From NCBI GenBank assembly GCA_964372905.1, contig CAYJQY010000001.1, positions 72,848 to 136,847 on the forward strand: a stretch of DNA of 64,000 nt. The letters are read 5' to 3'. Of this stretch, positions 18,236 through 28,243 are shown in pieces. The notes beneath the pieces were generated by a model. That model made no database searches. It was not told the origin of the DNA and saw only the letters and a program-made list of their open reading frames with translations. How positions within the stretch are numbered: the stretch's first letter is position 1; each line of letters begins with the position of its first letter. The position numbers and the translations under genes were made by a program. The DNA comes from an uncultured Candidatus Saccharibacteria bacterium (lineage in GTDB: Bacteria > Patescibacteriota > Doudnabacteria > UBA920).

Positions 18236-18717
18236 TCCGACCCGCAGACCAAAAAGATATTTCAGCCATAGCTGAAATTAATAAACAGGGTTTTTCCGGC
18301 AATGCCGCCGGCAATGCCGCCAAGCGTTGGGTAAAAGCCAATTTTGCTCAAAGAGAGAAGTATCGCTACTTTGTGGTTGAAGCCGACGACAAAGTCACCG
18401 GCTATATCGGCTGGGAAATTAAAGGCGGATTTATGCGCAAAACCCCCGTGGTGGAACTACAGCAACTAGCCGTGCTGCCAGATTTTCGCGGTAAAGGGAT
18501 CGGAACCGGCTTAATCAACGAATCATTGCCTCAAGTTAAATTGTGGATCAAACAGGTCAATCCAGCGGCTGAAAAAGTGCGGATTTTCGTCTGGACCAAG
18601 AAGGACAATGGGCCGGCCAAAAAAATCTATCAAAAAATTTCTAACCTCGACCGAACCTACGAACGCAACATCTACGACAGCGATGAAATAATGCTGTTGG
18701 GCGAGCACCGACTCTAA
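18232..18717 (+). CDS. GNAT family N-acetyltransferase
   Basis: Acetyl-CoA binding motif RGKGIGTGLI. 161 aa. Start overlaps the yvcK-like stop. Confidence 0.7.
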   Translation: MIRPADQKDISAIAEINKQGFSGNAAGNAAKRWVKANFAQREKYRYFVVEADDKVTGYIGWEIKGGFMRKTPVVELQQLAVLPDFRGKGIGTGLINESLPQVKLWIKQVNPAAEKVRIFVWTKKDNGPAKKIYQKISNLDRTYERNIYDSDEIMLLGEHRL

Positions 18718-18785
18718 ATTTTTACACTCAAAATTCCCGCGCTTAAAATTTTCAATTGATTACGATTGCTTGCCTGGAATCGTGA

Positions 18786-19553
18786 TTAGGTTAAAATCCG
18801 CGGCCCCTTGTCCGTTACGGCCACCGTATGTTCAAAGTGCGCGGCCAGGCCGCCGTCATGGGTGCGAATAGTCCAGCCGTCGGTGTCAAAAATAACTTTG
18901 GGTTTTTTCTCGCAGACCATGGGCTCAATGGCAATGACCATGCCCGCAACCAGTTCCTCGCCCGTCCCCGGCTGGCCGTAACACGGCACGGCCGGGTCTT
19001 CGTGAACGGCATAGCCCACGCCGTGACCCACCAAGTCGCGCACCACGCTGAAGCCCGATCCTTCAGCCGTGGCCTGAATAGCATGGCCAATGTCGCCCGT
19101 GCGCTTACCCGGACGCACCTGCTTTATCGCTTCATCTAGACAGCGCCGGGCAACACCAATAATTCGCTGGGCCAACTCGCTAACCGCGCCCACCGGCACG
19201 GTTAGCGCCGTGTCAGTGTACAGACCCTTGTACTCCATGCCAATGTCCAGGCCTAAAATATCGCCACCCTGCAAAATATCCTGCTTCGAGGGAATACCGT
19301 GCACCACGGCGTCGTTAATGGAAGTGCAGAGTCCGGCCGGAAAGGGATTGCGCTTATCGCCATACCCCACAAAACTGGGCTGGCCTCCGGCCTTGCGGAT
19401 TTCGCTTTCGGCAAAATGATTCAACTCCCAGGTCGAAATACCGGGCCGGGCTAACGCCGCGGTCCGGTGTAAAACATCGCGGAGGATCATGCCGCCCTCA
19501 TTAATGCGCTCAATTTCCCCTGAAGTTTTGGTCAGTGACGGCCGATTTGCCAT
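18786..19553 (-). CDS. map: methionine aminopeptidase type I
   Basis: Pita-bread fold metal ligands (D..D..H..E..E pattern, VVHGIP, GHGVG). 255 aa. Downstream of adk as in conserved ribosomal-protein-cluster tails. Confidence 0.9.
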   Translation of the reverse strand: MANRPSLTKTSGEIERINEGGMILRDVLHRTAALARPGISTWELNHFAESEIRKAGGQPSFVGYGDKRNPFPAGLCTSINDAVVHGIPSKQDILQGGDILGLDIGMEYKGLYTDTALTVPVGAVSELAQRIIGVARRCLDEAIKQVRPGKRTGDIGHAIQATAEGSGFSVVRDLVGHGVGYAVHEDPAVPCYGQPGTGEELVAGMVIAIEPMVCEKKPKVIFDTDGWTIRTHDGGLAAHFEHTVAVTDKGPRILT

Positions 19554-19559
19554 AAATGT

Positions 19560-20180
19560 TCAGACCTTACTTTCCAGCTCTTTAATCGCCGCTAAAATTC
19601 GGCGCTGAACCCCGGCCACGCTGCCGACTCCGCTAATTTTCTTAAACGGATAGCGGCGATAAAAAAAATCCACGACCTGGGCAATGTTTTTCCGATAATA
19701 ATTGACGCGGTTTTTCAGCGCCTCGTTGGTATCATCCGTGCGCTTGCTGAACTTGCCCTTAAAGTATTCCTGCCTATTGCTCATGCGCTGGATGGTTTCA
19801 TTCAACGGAATAGACAGATAAATCACGACCGGGCCGCGCCGGCGCTCGGCTTTCAGCAGTTTCCAAACCAGCTTAGCTTCCCCCGCCATTTTAGGCGTGC
19901 CGTCAAACAAAATGCCTTTGCCAGCCGAAGTCGCATGAATTTTTTCCCGCAAAATTCGGCGCACCAAACGGGTCGGCGTCAATTTTCCTTTATCGAGTGT
20001 TTGGGCGAGACGGTACTTTGATCGAGACTCGCGGTTTTTAATTTTGCGCAGTTCCCTACCCATGTCCAAATCGTAGAGATGAAATTTTTTGGCCAATAAA
20101 GCCGACTGGGTTGCTTTACCGGCCGCTGGATCTCCCAATAAAATGATATTCATCGGCTTGATTGGTTTCTTTCGCTTCAT
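19560..20180 (-). CDS. adenylate kinase-like nucleoside monophosphate kinase (second paralog)
   Basis: Degenerate P-loop GDPAAGKAT and an NMP-kinase layout. Tandem with the canonical adk. Confidence 0.6.
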   Translation of the reverse strand: MKRKKPIKPMNIILLGDPAAGKATQSALLAKKFHLYDLDMGRELRKIKNRESRSKYRLAQTLDKGKLTPTRLVRRILREKIHATSAGKGILFDGTPKMAGEAKLVWKLLKAERRRGPVVIYLSIPLNETIQRMSNRQEYFKGKFSKRTDDTNEALKNRVNYYRKNIAQVVDFFYRRYPFKKISGVGSVAGVQRRILAAIKELESKV

Positions 20181-20758
20181 GTCTCACTTAATCCTAATTC
20201 TTTATTGATGGCGCTAGTGACTTGCTCAATGGGAGGGTGGCCGTCAATCGTGACAAAACGCGTTTGCTGGCGCAAGTACTCGAGTACCGGCAAGGTGTCT
20301 TTCTCATACTGGTCGAGGCGAAAATTAATTGTGGCTTCTGTATCGTCCTTGCGGTGTTCAGTCTGCGCCCGCAGCAGCAAACGCTTCAATGATTCCTCGC
20401 GGGGTAAATCGATAAATATCGTCAAAAAATCCGCCCGGCCCTGCCTTTTAAGGGCATTAAGCAAAAACTCCGCCTGGCCAAGCCGGCGCGGAATGCCGTC
20501 AAAAATGATTCCCCGGTCAGGAGAAATTTTGGCGAGATGGCTTGCCGCCACTTCGAGCAGAATCGCGTCATCGAGGAGAACGCCGCGCTCAATCATGTCC
20601 TTAACTTTACGACCCAGCAGCGTATCCTCCTGGGCGACCTGGCGCAAAATTCCGCCCATCTCCCAATAAAAAAACCCGAGCCGCTTGGCGAGCAATTTAG
20701 CCTGGGTGCCTTTGCCGGACCCTTGCGGACCGATAAAAAAAATTATTGCCTGCTGCAT
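20177..20758 (-). CDS. adk: adenylate kinase
   Basis: P-loop GPQGSGKGTQA, NMP-binding and LID regions. 193 aa (short-LID type). Confidence 0.9.
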   Translation of the reverse strand: MQQAIIFFIGPQGSGKGTQAKLLAKRLGFFYWEMGGILRQVAQEDTLLGRKVKDMIERGVLLDDAILLEVAASHLAKISPDRGIIFDGIPRRLGQAEFLLNALKRQGRADFLTIFIDLPREESLKRLLLRAQTEHRKDDTEATINFRLDQYEKDTLPVLEYLRQQTRFVTIDGHPPIEQVTSAINKELGLSET

Positions 20759-20861
20759 ATTTAAAAATTATACGGGAAAATTAGCTTATTGGCAAATATT
20801 GTGGTATCATTATTTTGATTTTAGATATTACTGATAAAGAAAATCATTTACCGTAAGATAA

Positions 20862-20965
20862 TTCGGGGAGGGGAAAATTGCTTCCTGGGGAGTGAGTTTG
20901 CCAGCGCAAACTCGGCCGGAGACCAAGGAGGCGTGCTCACGGAGCAGGAACAATTTTCCCTCAAG
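20862..20965 (+). promoter_or_regulatory. structured 5' leader upstream of the K+/H+ antiporter gene (candidate riboswitch-like element)
   Basis: Long-range near-complementary segments ggggaaaattgcttcc (20870-20885) and ggaacaattttccctc (20947-20962) enclose a gagtttgc/gcaaactc hairpin and GGGGAG, GGGGA and ACGGAG motifs. Confidence 0.35.
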
Positions 20966-20997
20966 CCAATATCGTACCTGGAAATAAAAACACAAAA

Positions 20998-22695
20998 ATG
21001 GACAATCTGTTTTTAGAACTGACCTTGGTCTTGATTGTGGCTGGCGGCATCGCTTTTATCATCAGCTTCTTTAAGCAGCCCAGCCTGATCGCTTACATTT
21101 TGACCGGACTAATTGTAGGGCCCCTGGGCTATTATCATTTTCAGCACAAAGACATCCTCCAGGCGTTTTCGCAAATTGGCATAACCTTGCTGCTGTTCAT
21201 GACCGGCCTGGATTTGGACTTTGCCCAACTCAAGCGAATTGGCCGGACCGCCTTGTACGCCGGGATCGGACAAATTATTTTTACTTTTCTCGCAGGCCTG
21301 CTATTAATTATCCTGCTTGGTTTTACTGGTTCGACGGCCTGGTATATCGCTATCGCTCTAACTTTTTCTTCGACCATCGTCGTAGTAAAACTGCTTAATG
21401 AAAAACGCGACCTCCACAGCCTCTACGGCAAGTTGGCAGTGGGTGTTTTGCTGGCCCAGGATTTTGCGGCCATCATTTTATTGATTATTTTGAGCGGCGC
21501 GGCCGGCGGAAGTTTTTGGACCAGCTTACCGGCCGGTCAGCTGATTTTTCTAGCCGCGACCAAGGCCTTACTCCTCGGCCTTCTCATCTACTGGCATGCC
21601 AAATTTTTATTCCCGCGGCTGCTTCACTATATTGGCCGGTCCGACGAATTGCTCCTGGTTTTTTCCCTGGCCTGGGCGCTGGGTTTAGCCGCCTTTGTAT
21701 CCTTGCCAATCATCGGCTTTAACCTGACCATCGGCGGATTTTTAGCCGGCATCGCTCTGGCCAATTCCTCAGTCCATTTTCAGATCAGCGCACGCATTAA
21801 ATCTTTGCGTGATTTTTTTATCATGCTATTTTTTATAGCTCTGGGCTCACAATTAACTCTGGATAATCTTACGGCCGTCATTGGGCCGGCCATAATTTTC
21901 TCAGCTTTCGTGCTCTTGGGCAAACCAATCATCATCGGCATGATTCTTTCGGCCATGGGCTACAAACCCCGGACGGCTTTTATGACCGGCGTCACGCTGG
22001 GGCAAATTTCCGAATTCAGCCTGGTGCTTATGGCTTTGGGCTTGAGTTTGGGTTATTTCAACGAAACCTCCGCAAGCCTAGTCACGGTAGTTGGCCTTAT
22101 TACTATCGCCCTGTCTTCCTACGGCATTCTCTATTCTCACGAGCTTTATGAATATTTTAAGGGGCCTCTGCGCTGGCTGTTCGGCCTGCGGCTCTTTCAC
22201 CGCGAAGAAAGTCACAACGGCGACCGGCAGCTCAATGGGCACATCGTGCTCATGGGCGCTCACCGGATCGGAGGGCATTTAATTAAATCCTTAGTTCGCC
22301 GGGGCGATACATTTTTAGTTGTGGACTTTAATCCCGATATTGTAGCCCGCTATGCCGAAACTGGTTTGCCGATAGTTTACGGTGATGTTACTGACCCGGA
22401 AATCCAGGATCTGGCCGCGCTGTCTAAAGCCAAACTCATCATTTCCACCATTCCGGATTTTCATGACAATCTCGTGCTGATGAATGCCGTGAAGCGCGCC
22501 CGGATTAAAACCACACTCATTCTTACCGCACAAGACGAAGTCGAAACCCGCGAACTTTATGACAGAGGCGCTGACTACGTCATTTTGCCGCACTTTATTG
22601 GCGGCCTGCATCTGGCCAAAATTTTGGAAGACGACCCGGCTTTAAGCGAACTGAAAAAATTGCGCGCCCGGCATCTGAAAGCGCTTGGCGTATGA
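20998..22695 (+). CDS. monovalent cation:proton antiporter-2 (CPA2, KefB-like) with C-terminal TrkA-N (RCK) domain
   Basis: About 12 TM helices, then a Rossmann RCK domain (IVLMGAHRIGGHLIKSL..VVDFNPD). 565 aa. Confidence 0.85.
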   Translation: MDNLFLELTLVLIVAGGIAFIISFFKQPSLIAYILTGLIVGPLGYYHFQHKDILQAFSQIGITLLLFMTGLDLDFAQLKRIGRTALYAGIGQIIFTFLAGLLLIILLGFTGSTAWYIAIALTFSSTIVVVKLLNEKRDLHSLYGKLAVGVLLAQDFAAIILLIILSGAAGGSFWTSLPAGQLIFLAATKALLLGLLIYWHAKFLFPRLLHYIGRSDELLLVFSLAWALGLAAFVSLPIIGFNLTIGGFLAGIALANSSVHFQISARIKSLRDFFIMLFFIALGSQLTLDNLTAVIGPAIIFSAFVLLGKPIIIGMILSAMGYKPRTAFMTGVTLGQISEFSLVLMALGLSLGYFNETSASLVTVVGLITIALSSYGILYSHELYEYFKGPLRWLFGLRLFHREESHNGDRQLNGHIVLMGAHRIGGHLIKSLVRRGDTFLVVDFNPDIVARYAETGLPIVYGDVTDPEIQDLAALSKAKLIISTIPDFHDNLVLMNAVKRARIKTTLILTAQDEVETRELYDRGADYVILPHFIGGLHLAKILEDDPALSELKKLRARHLKALGV

Positions 22696-22771
22696 AAATT
22701 TGACAAAATAACGTTCTGGAGTATTATTACGATATCGGGTATCAATCACGGTCTTTTAAGGGCTCGGCAGC

Positions 22772-22799
22772 ATCACCTCTTTGGAGGGGATGTTTTTTT
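22772..22799 (+). terminator. intrinsic terminator after the kefB-like gene
   Basis: cacctc-tttgg-aggggatg hairpin followed by T7. Confidence 0.5.
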
Positions 22800-23067
22800 G
22801 ATTCAAAAATTATTTTATCTCTATAAAAATTCTAACGCGCATTTAACGTAGCTTGATGATCATAGTCATACAATACTTAAGGCGGTCGTCGGGAGGTCGT
22901 AGCCAGCCGGGCTGGTCAGCGGTTGATACCCCAATTGATTAGGCACTCCGTGCCTAATGTGGTGCGAACCACCGGCCTCCGCCACCAAGAGCCCGGCAAC
23001 CTAACGCTGGGCTCTTTGGTTTTGAGTTGCTTTTGCCATTTGCGCTGCGAATTGGTAAGATTTCGCT

Positions 23068-24492
23068 ATGCTCAAGCTCTACAACACGCTGACGCGGAAA
23101 ATTGAACCGCTGAAGCCGCTCCGCGACAATACAGTTGGCCTGTATACCTGCGGCCCCACCGTGTACGATTTCGCGCACATCGGCAATTTGCGCACTTACA
23201 TTTTTGAAGATTTGCTCCAGCGTGTTTTGGAATACAACGGCTTTGCGGTCAACCGCGCCATGAACATTACCGATGTCGGGCATTTGGTCGGCGACGGCGA
23301 TGAAGGCGAGGACAAAATGGAGGTTGGGGCCAAGCGCGAAGGCAAATCGCCGCTGGAAATCGCGAGAAAATATGAGGATAAATTTTTTGAGGATCTGGCC
23401 GCGCTGAACATTAAACTGCCCGGCCTCAATAAGCCCGAACGCGATAAATGGCTGGTCCGCGCCACCGATGTCAGCGGCGAGCAGCAGGAAATTCAGAATA
23501 TCATCAGAATTTTATTGGAAAAAGGCCTGGCTTACCAAACCGCATCAGCCATTTATTTCGATGTGGCTAAATTCCCCAACTACGGAGCGCTGGCTGGGCA
23601 GAAGCTGTTCGAAAAAAGCGTGCAGGCGCGCGGCGAAGTCATTATCGATCCTGAAAAACGAAATCCGCAAGACTTTGCCTTATGGTTTTTCCTGGTCGGG
23701 CGATACAAAAACCATATCCTGCGCTGGCCGTCACCTTGGGGCCAAGGCTTTCCCGGCTGGCACATTGAATGTTCGGCCATCTCGCGCAAACTGCTCGGCC
23801 AGCCCTTTGACATCCACACCGGCGGCGTGGACCACATTGGCACGCATCACACCAATGAAATCGCGCAAAGCGAAACGGCGTTCGGCGTGCCCCTGGCCAA
23901 AATCTGGATGCACGGCGAATTTTTGTTGATTGATGCTGGCCGCATGGGCAAAAGTCAAGGCAACTTAATGACTTTGCACGCCTTGGTCCAAAAAGGCTTC
24001 CGTCCGCTGGATTATCGCTACTTATGTTTGACTGCCCACTACCGCACTCAATTAAATTTCTCTTGGGAAAATTTGCAGGCCGCCCGCAGCGCCCTGGAGC
24101 GACTTTACGACTTTACGCGGTCAACGGAGGAACAAGGCATCAAGCCGGCTATTGGCTGTGCGGAATACGAACAGCGCTTCCTTGAGGCAATCAATGATGA
24201 CCTCAATATCCCCAAGGGGCTGGGGATTGTTTGGGAACTTCTTGGGGATAAAGACTTCCCTACCAAGGCCAAGTTAAAACCTTTATTAAAATTTGATAAA
24301 GTGCTTGGGCTGGGCCTGGACCAGCCGGCGCAAATCGAAATCCCGGCTGAAGTCCAAAAGTTGCTCGCCGAACGCGAAGCCGCCCGCAGCGCCCAAGATT
24401 TCTCAAAATCCGATGCCTTGCGCCAACAAATCGGTGAAATGGGCTTTGAGGTTCTAGACACGCCCCAGGGCCAAAAAATCAAAATAAAGTAA
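23068..24492 (+). CDS. cysS: cysteinyl-tRNA synthetase
   Basis: Class I HIGH-type (AHIGNLRTY) and KMSKS-type (KMGKSQGN) motifs plus Zn-binding Cys. 474 aa. Confidence 0.93.
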   Translation: MLKLYNTLTRKIEPLKPLRDNTVGLYTCGPTVYDFAHIGNLRTYIFEDLLQRVLEYNGFAVNRAMNITDVGHLVGDGDEGEDKMEVGAKREGKSPLEIARKYEDKFFEDLAALNIKLPGLNKPERDKWLVRATDVSGEQQEIQNIIRILLEKGLAYQTASAIYFDVAKFPNYGALAGQKLFEKSVQARGEVIIDPEKRNPQDFALWFFLVGRYKNHILRWPSPWGQGFPGWHIECSAISRKLLGQPFDIHTGGVDHIGTHHTNEIAQSETAFGVPLAKIWMHGEFLLIDAGRMGKSQGNLMTLHALVQKGFRPLDYRYLCLTAHYRTQLNFSWENLQAARSALERLYDFTRSTEEQGIKPAIGCAEYEQRFLEAINDDLNIPKGLGIVWELLGDKDFPTKAKLKPLLKFDKVLGLGLDQPAQIEIPAEVQKLLAEREAARSAQDFSKSDALRQQIGEMGFEVLDTPQGQKIKIK

Positions 24493-24635
24493 AAGCCCGG
24501 GTCTCAAATCCTTTGGCCCGGCGCTTCTTTTAGCGCCGAGCTTATGCTAGAATGGTAGAATCTAAATAAAAACTCAAATATTCCAAAGTTAACCAGCCAC
24601 TTATCTTTATTATCGCCAATCTGCCCTAAACTCCT

Positions 24636-26033
24636 ATGGAATCCTCCTCCATGAACCGCCTCCCACCCCAGAACCAGGAAGCCGAAACCGCGGTTTTAGG
24701 CTGTTTGATGCTGGACAAAGACGCCATCATCCGCGTGGCTGACGTGCTCACGCCAGAAGACTTTTACGAAACCCGGCACCGGCTCATCTATGAGACCATG
24801 CTCGAGTTGTTTGAAAAAAATATGTCGGTGGATATTCTCACGGTTTCCAACGCTCTCGACGAAAAAAAGATTCTGGAAAACATCGGCGGCGCCTCTTACC
24901 TGACGCAATTGGTTAATTCAGTGCCGAGCGCCGCGCACGTCGCCCACTACGCTTCCATCGTCAACAAGAAAGGCACCCTGCGCCGGCTCATTACCAGCGC
25001 TGCGGAAATCACCAACCTCGCCTATGCCGAAGAAGGCGACGTGGAAGCCATCTTGGACAATGCCGAACAAAAACTGTTCAACATTTCCCAGCAGCACCTC
25101 CAGCAAAACTTTGTGCCAATTTCCAGCGTCCTCCATGAGACTTTTGAAAGGATCGATGAACTGCACCGGGAAAAAGGCAAACTGCGCGGACTGGCCACCG
25201 GCTTTCTCGACCTTGACCGCCTGCTCGGCGGTTTGCAGAAATCCGATCTGATTATTTTGGCGGCCCGGCCGTCTATGGGCAAAACTTCGCTGGCGCTGGA
25301 TATTATCCGCCATGTTTCGGCAGATTTGAAAATCCCTACCGGCATTTTTTCTTTGGAAATGAGCAAGGACCAGCTGGTGGATCGCCTGCTCTCTTCCCAA
25401 TCCGACGTGAATCTGTGGAAAATTCGCACCGGCAACCTAAACGACGAGGATTTTGAAAAAATTGGCGAAGCCATGGGCAAACTTTCCGAGGCGCCAATCT
25501 TTATTGACGATGCCGCTGGCTGCAACATTATGGAAATCCGCACCAAGGCCCGCCGGCTCCAGGCCGAGAATGACGTCGGGCTAATTGTGGTTGATTACCT
25601 CCAGCTCATGGCCGGGCGCGGCCACAATCAAGACAACCGCGTCCAGGAGGTCAGTGAAATTTCGCGGTCTTTGAAAATTTTAGCCCGCGAATTGAACGTG
25701 CCGGTGTTGGCTCTGTCCCAGCTGTCGCGCAACGTGGAAAACCGGCCGGACAAAGTGCCGCAGTTGGCTGACCTTCGAGAAAGCGGTTCAATTGAGCAAG
25801 ATAGCGATGTCGTCATGTTCATTTACCGCGAAGACATGTACCGCGGCAAGGATTCCAGCCGCCCCAACATTGCCGAAATTCACATCAAAAAGCACCGCAA
25901 CGGCCCCACCGGCTCACTTGACCTCTACTTTGACGCCGACCGCACCAGCTTCCGCAACCTGGATAAATCGTTCAGCACCGCGCCGGATGTAGTGATGCAA
26001 TCCATGCCGCCAGAAAGTTTGATTGAATTATAA
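24636..26033 (+). CDS. dnaB: replicative DNA helicase
   Basis: DnaB N-terminal domain, Walker A (GKTS-type) and RecA-like C-terminal domain. 465 aa. Confidence 0.93.
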   Translation: MESSSMNRLPPQNQEAETAVLGCLMLDKDAIIRVADVLTPEDFYETRHRLIYETMLELFEKNMSVDILTVSNALDEKKILENIGGASYLTQLVNSVPSAAHVAHYASIVNKKGTLRRLITSAAEITNLAYAEEGDVEAILDNAEQKLFNISQQHLQQNFVPISSVLHETFERIDELHREKGKLRGLATGFLDLDRLLGGLQKSDLIILAARPSMGKTSLALDIIRHVSADLKIPTGIFSLEMSKDQLVDRLLSSQSDVNLWKIRTGNLNDEDFEKIGEAMGKLSEAPIFIDDAAGCNIMEIRTKARRLQAENDVGLIVVDYLQLMAGRGHNQDNRVQEVSEISRSLKILARELNVPVLALSQLSRNVENRPDKVPQLADLRESGSIEQDSDVVMFIYREDMYRGKDSSRPNIAEIHIKKHRNGPTGSLDLYFDADRTSFRNLDKSFSTAPDVVMQSMPPESLIEL

Positions 26034-26400
26034 TCGCATGACGGGCGAAATTAAATACAATTCAGGGGAACAGTTTGATGTATTGCTGTTTGATCGCCAA
26101 CTGCGGGAGGCGGGTTTAAAATTTGAAATGTCAATAGAACCCAACCTTTATCTGACAGACGAGACGATGCGCGGCTATAAAGTAACCGCCAATGATAATG
26201 TAATAGGCCATGTCTTTTTGAATTCAAGTGAAGGAATAACCACGGTTGATTTCTGGCCCATTTCAGGATCTGCCGCTGTACTTTATATAAAACCTCCTCA
26301 ATCGCCTCCTCAAAATGCGGTTGTGATTGAATCATTTAAGGACCTCCCCAAATGTTTGGAGAATGTGTTTGAAACCTGGTTGAAATCCGCAAAGCCATGA
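26023..26400 (+). CDS. hypothetical protein
   Basis: 125-aa ORF translationally coupled between dnaB and recR. No recognisable motif. Confidence 0.45.
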   Translation: MNYNRMTGEIKYNSGEQFDVLLFDRQLREAGLKFEMSIEPNLYLTDETMRGYKVTANDNVIGHVFLNSSEGITTVDFWPISGSAAVLYIKPPQSPPQNAVVIESFKDLPKCLENVFETWLKSAKP

Positions 26401-27104
26401 CCAAACTCCCTAGTTCCCTTGAGCGTCTAATCAACGAACTGGCCAAACTGCCGGGCATAGGGCCCAAGAGCGCCCAGCGCCTGGCGTTTTATATATTGAA
26501 GCGCGAGGATGTGGATGTGGCCGGCCTGGCCCGGGCCATCGAACAAGTTAAAAAAGATATAAACTTTTGCTCAATTTGTCACAATATGGCCCAAAGCGAC
26601 CCGTGCGGCACCTGTACCGACCCGGCCCGCGACCACGCCCTAATTTGCGTGGTGGAAGAGCCGCTGGATGCCCTGGCCATAGATAAAACCGGACAGTTCA
26701 ACGGCGTGTTTCACATACTCGGCGGCGTACTCAATCCCATGGAAGGCATCGGGCCGGATAAATTAAATATGGATTCGCTGAAGCGGCGCGTAACCGGGCA
26801 AAATACCAATACAGAAAAGACAAACGCAAAAAACCCGGCAAGCAAAAATTCGCCCGGCCAAGGCAATGGCAATAAAATAGGAGAAAAAGAACGGGGCCGG
26901 CAAGTTCAAAAAATCCGCGAAGTCATCATCGCCACAAATCCTTCCCTAGAGGGCGAAACCACGGCCATGCACTTGGCCAAACTGCTCAAAGACAGCGGCG
27001 CGAAAATTACCCGCATTGCCCGCGGCTTGCCCATGGGCGGCGATCTGGAATACGCCGATGAAATTACGCTCACGCGTGCGCTGGAAGGGCGAAGGGAATA
27101 TTAA
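26397..27104 (+). CDS. recR: recombination protein RecR (with low-complexity insertion)
   Basis: HhH (LPGIGPKSAQRLAF), C4 zinc finger (CSICHNMAQSDPCGTC) and Toprim domain. An Asn/Lys/Gly-rich insertion of about 50 aa precedes the Toprim domain. Confidence 0.88.
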   Translation: MTKLPSSLERLINELAKLPGIGPKSAQRLAFYILKREDVDVAGLARAIEQVKKDINFCSICHNMAQSDPCGTCTDPARDHALICVVEEPLDALAIDKTGQFNGVFHILGGVLNPMEGIGPDKLNMDSLKRRVTGQNTNTEKTNAKNPASKNSPGQGNGNKIGEKERGRQVQKIREVIIATNPSLEGETTAMHLAKLLKDSGAKITRIARGLPMGGDLEYADEITLTRALEGRREY

Positions 27105-27135
27105 TGAAGCATCTTTTTTGGACGGAGAGAATATT

Positions 27136-27167
27136 TAAAAGAGCCCCTTTGAAAAGGGGTTCTTTAT
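27136..27167. terminator. bidirectional intrinsic terminator between recR (+) and the 27167-28225 gene (-)
   Basis: gagcccctt-tgaa-aaggggttc hairpin flanked by A- and T-runs. Confidence 0.6.
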
Positions 27168-28225
27168 TACTTTACGGTCAAAGTTAAGGTGGCGCTCTGC
27201 TTGTCGCGCAGAACGGTCAGACTTATTCGATCGCCGGATTTGTATCGTTCCAAAATTTGTTCAAACACTGGGTCCTGGCCTACATTCGTATCATCAACCT
27301 TAGCGATAATATCACCAACCTGCAGACCAGCGGCCTGCGCCGCGCCGGCAGAAACAACCTGCGTAACCTGAACGCCGGAACTCAAGCCCTCCAACTCGGC
27401 CTGGGTCTTATCGATAAATTCATAAGAAAAGCCAAAGCCGGGTCTTGCCAGGCCGGCAGAGCCCGCCAGGGCCTGCTGAAAGGCCGGCCTCATCACGTCG
27501 GTGGAAATGACCGCTGAACCGTCCCACATGCCCAAAACCGCCCCGCTTAAGTCCACAATGGCCTCACCCGGAACCAAAGAGGCCACCGGCTGAACGCCGA
27601 AACCGCGGCTGGGTCTATCGGCGTTAAAAACCTGATTCAAGCCCTGGCGCTGGGGAAAAGTTACGAAGTTGGGATCAACCACAGGCCGCGAATCACCCAC
27701 AATATTGTAAATAAACAGGATGCGCTGGCCGCTGGCAGCATCCTTTGAACTGCCGATGTTAGCCACGGATACATTGCCAATTTCGGCCTTAACAATTACC
27801 ATCTCGCTGGCCGGGTCGCTAATGGCCGAAACCAGCGGCGCCCATCTGCCGTCCTGCAAAACCACGCGGTAGTTGCCCAGATCTCCCCCGACCGCACTTT
27901 TGCCGGTCAAAAACAGACCGTCCGAGGTCAAATTTACGGCGGCGCCGGTCATGATTGTCTGGCCGTCGACTGCCGAAACAATCACGCTTAATTTGGATTT
28001 AACCGATTCGGAGGCATCGTGAATATCGTTGGAATCGCTGACCCGGACGGTTTCCCGCCGGTTAATGACAATGGGCGCCTCCGGTCGAATGATCCCCCAC
28101 TTTCTGATCAGCGGCCAAGTCGCCAGGGTCGCGGCCAAATATCCGCCAAAAAGGATCTCCAGCAGTAAACTGATAATAACGGCGATCAAAATAATTCGCA
28201 CGTATGACTTATTTTTTGAGGGCAT
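27167..28225 (-). CDS. HtrA/DegP-like membrane-anchored protease homolog with C-terminal PDZ domain
   Basis: N-terminal TM helix, a trypsin-like region with a GDSRP segment (degenerate GDSGGP), and a C-terminal PDZ (LQVGDIIAKVDDTNV). Catalytic competence uncertain. Confidence 0.55.
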   Translation of the reverse strand: MPSKNKSYVRIILIAVIISLLLEILFGGYLAATLATWPLIRKWGIIRPEAPIVINRRETVRVSDSNDIHDASESVKSKLSVIVSAVDGQTIMTGAAVNLTSDGLFLTGKSAVGGDLGNYRVVLQDGRWAPLVSAISDPASEMVIVKAEIGNVSVANIGSSKDAASGQRILFIYNIVGDSRPVVDPNFVTFPQRQGLNQVFNADRPSRGFGVQPVASLVPGEAIVDLSGAVLGMWDGSAVISTDVMRPAFQQALAGSAGLARPGFGFSYEFIDKTQAELEGLSSGVQVTQVVSAGAAQAAGLQVGDIIAKVDDTNVGQDPVFEQILERYKSGDRISLTVLRDKQSATLTLTVK

Positions 28226-28243
28226 GTTTTTTGGCAGTTTGAT

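Noticed and set aside
24497-24540. Intrinsic terminator after cysS
   Set aside because: Hairpins exist (ccggg..cccgg and ggcgc..gcgcc), but no T-run follows them. Too weak to call.
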